From Allosphingosinicella sp. (GTDB taxonomy: Bacteria; Pseudomonadota; Alphaproteobacteria; Sphingomonadales; Sphingomonadaceae), in contig DASVTN010000014.1 in the NCBI GenBank assembly GCA_036387555.1, positions 1,734-65,733 on the forward strand: DNA of 64,000 nucleotides, read 5' to 3'. The notes beneath the pieces were generated by a model, which saw only the letters and a program-made list of their open reading frames with translations, was not told the DNA's origin and searched no databases. Each line of letters starts with the position of its first letter. Position 1 is the stretch's first letter. Below, piece by piece: positions 62,015 through 64,000 of the stretch. The translations under genes were made by a program, and so were the position numbers.

Positions 62015-62146
62015 TTGTCAAAGCATGCGCAGTCGAAGCCCGTCCGTTGGGTTCGCCCGGAATTGAAGAGGCTGGATGCCGGATCCGCCGAGGCCAATGG
62101 CCCGGGAATCAACGACGGCGGCCCCGTCGGCAACGCGCGCTCCTAA
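62015..62146 (+). CDS. Lasso-peptide-like precursor, 43 aa (absent from ORF track)
   Basis: AGGGAG RBS, TTG start; MSKHAQSKPVRWVRPELKRLDAGSAEANGPGINDGGPVGNARS with WxxPxLxxL leader motif, next to a cyclase-like gene. Confidence 0.8.
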   Translation: MSKHAQSKPVRWVRPELKRLDAGSAEANGPGINDGGPVGNARS

Positions 62147-62173
62147 GCGCGCCGTTCCCGGGAACGAGAATGT

Positions 62174-62205
62174 AAGGACGCCCGCCGCCCGGCGGGCGTC
62201 CTTTT
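62174..62205 (+). terminator. Intrinsic terminator-like hairpin after precursor
   Basis: AAGGACGCCCGCC-gccc-GGCGGGCGTCCTT stem ending in TTTT. Confidence 0.8.
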
Positions 62206-62234
62206 CGTGTGTTGCCCCTCTGCGGCTCTGAACC

Positions 62235-64000
62235 TTGTCCGCGATCGCAGGTGTCTGGAGCTTCGCCGGCGAGGCTCGACCGGAAGCTCTTTGCCGGCAC
62301 TTGCTGGATCGGCAGGCGGCCTATGGGCCGCATGGCTGTGACCTGTCGGGCGATCGCGGCTATTTTGCCGGTCGATGCCTTTACCGTTCGCTTCCCGAGG
62401 ATAGGTTCGACCGCCAACCCCTGACGAGCGACGACGGGCGCTTCATGCTCGTCGCCGACCTTCGCATCGACAATCGCGACGAGCTCCTTCGCGACCTCGC
62501 CGTCGGCGGCTCGGCCGGCGCCGGGCTCAGCGACTCAGAGTTGCTCCTGCGCGGTTTCCTCGCCTGGGAGCGCGGCATATTGACTCGGATGATCGGCGAT
62601 TTTGCCTTCGCGCTCTGGGACGGCCGCGCCCGGACGTTGCTGCTCGCCCGCGACACCGCCGGTGAACGGCCTCTCCATTACCGCCGCTCGAATGGGCATT
62701 TCGCCTTCGCCAGCATGGCGGCCCCGCTCGCCTCCCTGCCCGGAGCCCGGTTCGACGTGGACGAGGAAAGGATCGCCCGCTTCGTCGCCGACCTGCCGCA
62801 CGGCGGAAGGCGCAGCTTCTTTGCGGAAGTGGAGACGCTGGAGCCGGGCCATTGCGCGCTGGCGACATCCGGCGGAACAAGCTTCGAACGCTATTGGGAG
62901 CCGGCGCGGCGCACGCTCCGCTTCGCCCGGACGGCGGACTATGGCGAAGCGCTTCGCGAGCAGATCGACCAGGCAGTGGTCCGGCGGCTCCGCCGCTCCG
63001 GCGGCCTCGCCGGATCGCAGCTCAGCTCCGGCTTCGACAGCAGCGCCGTGACGACTTCCGCCGCGTCGGCGCTGGCCCGGCGCGGCGAGCGCCTGCTCGC
63101 CTTCACCGCCGCGCCCCGCGAGGGATTCGCAGGGCCCGTCGTCGCCGGGCGGATCGGCGACGAATCGCCGCTGGCGGCGGAGACGGCCGCGCTCCACCCG
63201 AACATCGATCACCGGATCGTCCGGCCGGGCGGAACCTGCGCCCTGGAGCTGCTGGCGAACAGCCACCGCCTGTCCGGCCAGCCGGTCGGCCATGTGTGCA
63301 ACAATTTGTGGTGGCAGGCCATCAACCGCTCCGCCGGCGAGGCCGGAGTCACCGTGATGCTCACCGGCGAGGCGGGCAATTTCACGATCAGCGCCGGACT
63401 CGCCGTGGACACGCTCGGCGATCTCCTCCCCACCCGCGGCTGGACGCGCTGGTGGCGCGAGGCGCGGGCATTGAAGCGCGGGGGCGAATTCGGATGGCTG
63501 CAGATGTTGAACGCCTCCTTCGGATCGCGGCTGCCCGAAAGCGTCTACGCGCGTCTGCGGGGGCGCCGCCCGGCCCCCCCGGCCTTCGTCGCGCCTGCCT
63601 GGCGCGAAAAGATGCGGCGCGAACTGGAAAGCGAAGGCTGGGCCGTCCGTCCGCCGCGCCTTTCCGCCGAGCGCCGCTGGACCATGCTTCGGATGGTGGA
63701 TCCCGGCAGTTACCGGAAGCGCAGCCTGGCCGAATGGGGGGTGGAGGAGCGCGATCCGACCAACGACCGGAGGCTCGTCGAATTCTGCTTCTCGCTGCCG
63801 CCCGAGGCTCTGCTTAGCGACGGCGTCCGCCGCCCCGCGCTTCGCGAGGCGCTGGACCGACGAATTCCTCCGGCGGTGCTGGACCAGCGGCTGCGCGGCT
63901 ATCAGATGCCCGACTGGTATGAGCAAATTAAGGGTGAGGAAGTGAAAGCGGCTATCGCCGCCGCCGCCGGATCCGGGCTTGCCGCCTCGGTCATCGATCT
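62235..64000 (+). CDS. Asparagine-synthetase-like protein, likely lasso cyclase (3' truncated by window)
   Basis: TTG start MSAIAGVW; EDRFDRQP, DLRIDNRDEL, GDFAFALWD, ARDTAGERPLHY, LSSGFDSS, MLTGEAGN; no stop seen before window end. Confidence 0.88.
   Translation, partial: MSAIAGVWSFAGEARPEALCRHLLDRQAAYGPHGCDLSGDRGYFAGRCLYRSLPEDRFDRQPLTSDDGRFMLVADLRIDNRDELLRDLAVGGSAGAGLSDSELLLRGFLAWERGILTRMIGDFAFALWDGRARTLLLARDTAGERPLHYRRSNGHFAFASMAAPLASLPGARFDVDEERIARFVADLPHGGRRSFFAEVETLEPGHCALATSGGTSFERYWEPARRTLRFARTADYGEALREQIDQAVVRRLRRSGGLAGSQLSSGFDSSAVTTSAASALARRGERLLAFTAAPREGFAGPVVAGRIGDESPLAAETAALHPNIDHRIVRPGGTCALELLANSHRLSGQPVGHVCNNLWWQAINRSAGEAGVTVMLTGEAGNFTISAGLAVDTLGDLLPTRGWTRWWREARALKRGGEFGWLQMLNASFGSRLPESVYARLRGRRPAPPAFVAPAWREKMRRELESEGWAVRPPRLSAERRWTMLRMVDPGSYRKRSLAEWGVEERDPTNDRRLVEFCFSLPPEALLSDGVRRPALREALDRRIPPAVLDQRLRGYQMPDWYEQIKGEEVKAAIAAAAGSGLAASVID

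Noticed and set aside
62025-62066. ATG-started reading of the precursor region
   Set aside because: Stops after 13 codons; the TTG frame at 62015 has the RBS spacing and leader motif.
62209-63926. Apparent fragmentation or pseudogene of the asparagine-synthetase-like gene in the ORF track
   Set aside because: Manual translation from TTG 62235 stays open through all motifs; it is missing from the track only because the stop lies beyond the window.

Overview
High-GC alphaproteobacterial DNA, most likely Sphingomonadaceae, judging by the valS-popZ-tolC-pcm-tRNA-Cys block, the ast genes and the palindromic intergenic repeats. Core housekeeping blocks (1-8.9 kb, 22-37.6 kb) alternate with three accessory loci. 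(1) A ~12.9 kb integrative element in tRNA-Arg(ACG), bounded by a 51-bp direct repeat. It carries a tyrosine integrase, an AlpA-like excisionase, a primase, and a candidate defence module (SMC/DndD-like ABC ATPase, middle component, PD-(D/E)XK nuclease, DNA methyltransferase, HTH, DUF2971). (2) Next to tRNA-Cys, a type I secretion locus with a 5668-aa RTX/cadherin protein that starts with an AHH-type HNH nuclease domain. It is preceded by an Imm11-like immunity gene and a SEL1 lipoprotein and followed by an HlyC acyltransferase, so it looks like a T1SS-delivered, acylated antibacterial nuclease toxin. (3) An unannotated 43-aa paeninodin-style lasso-peptide precursor followed by an asparagine-synthetase-like cyclase that runs off the window end. 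All calls come from reading motifs by eye; no database searches were run.
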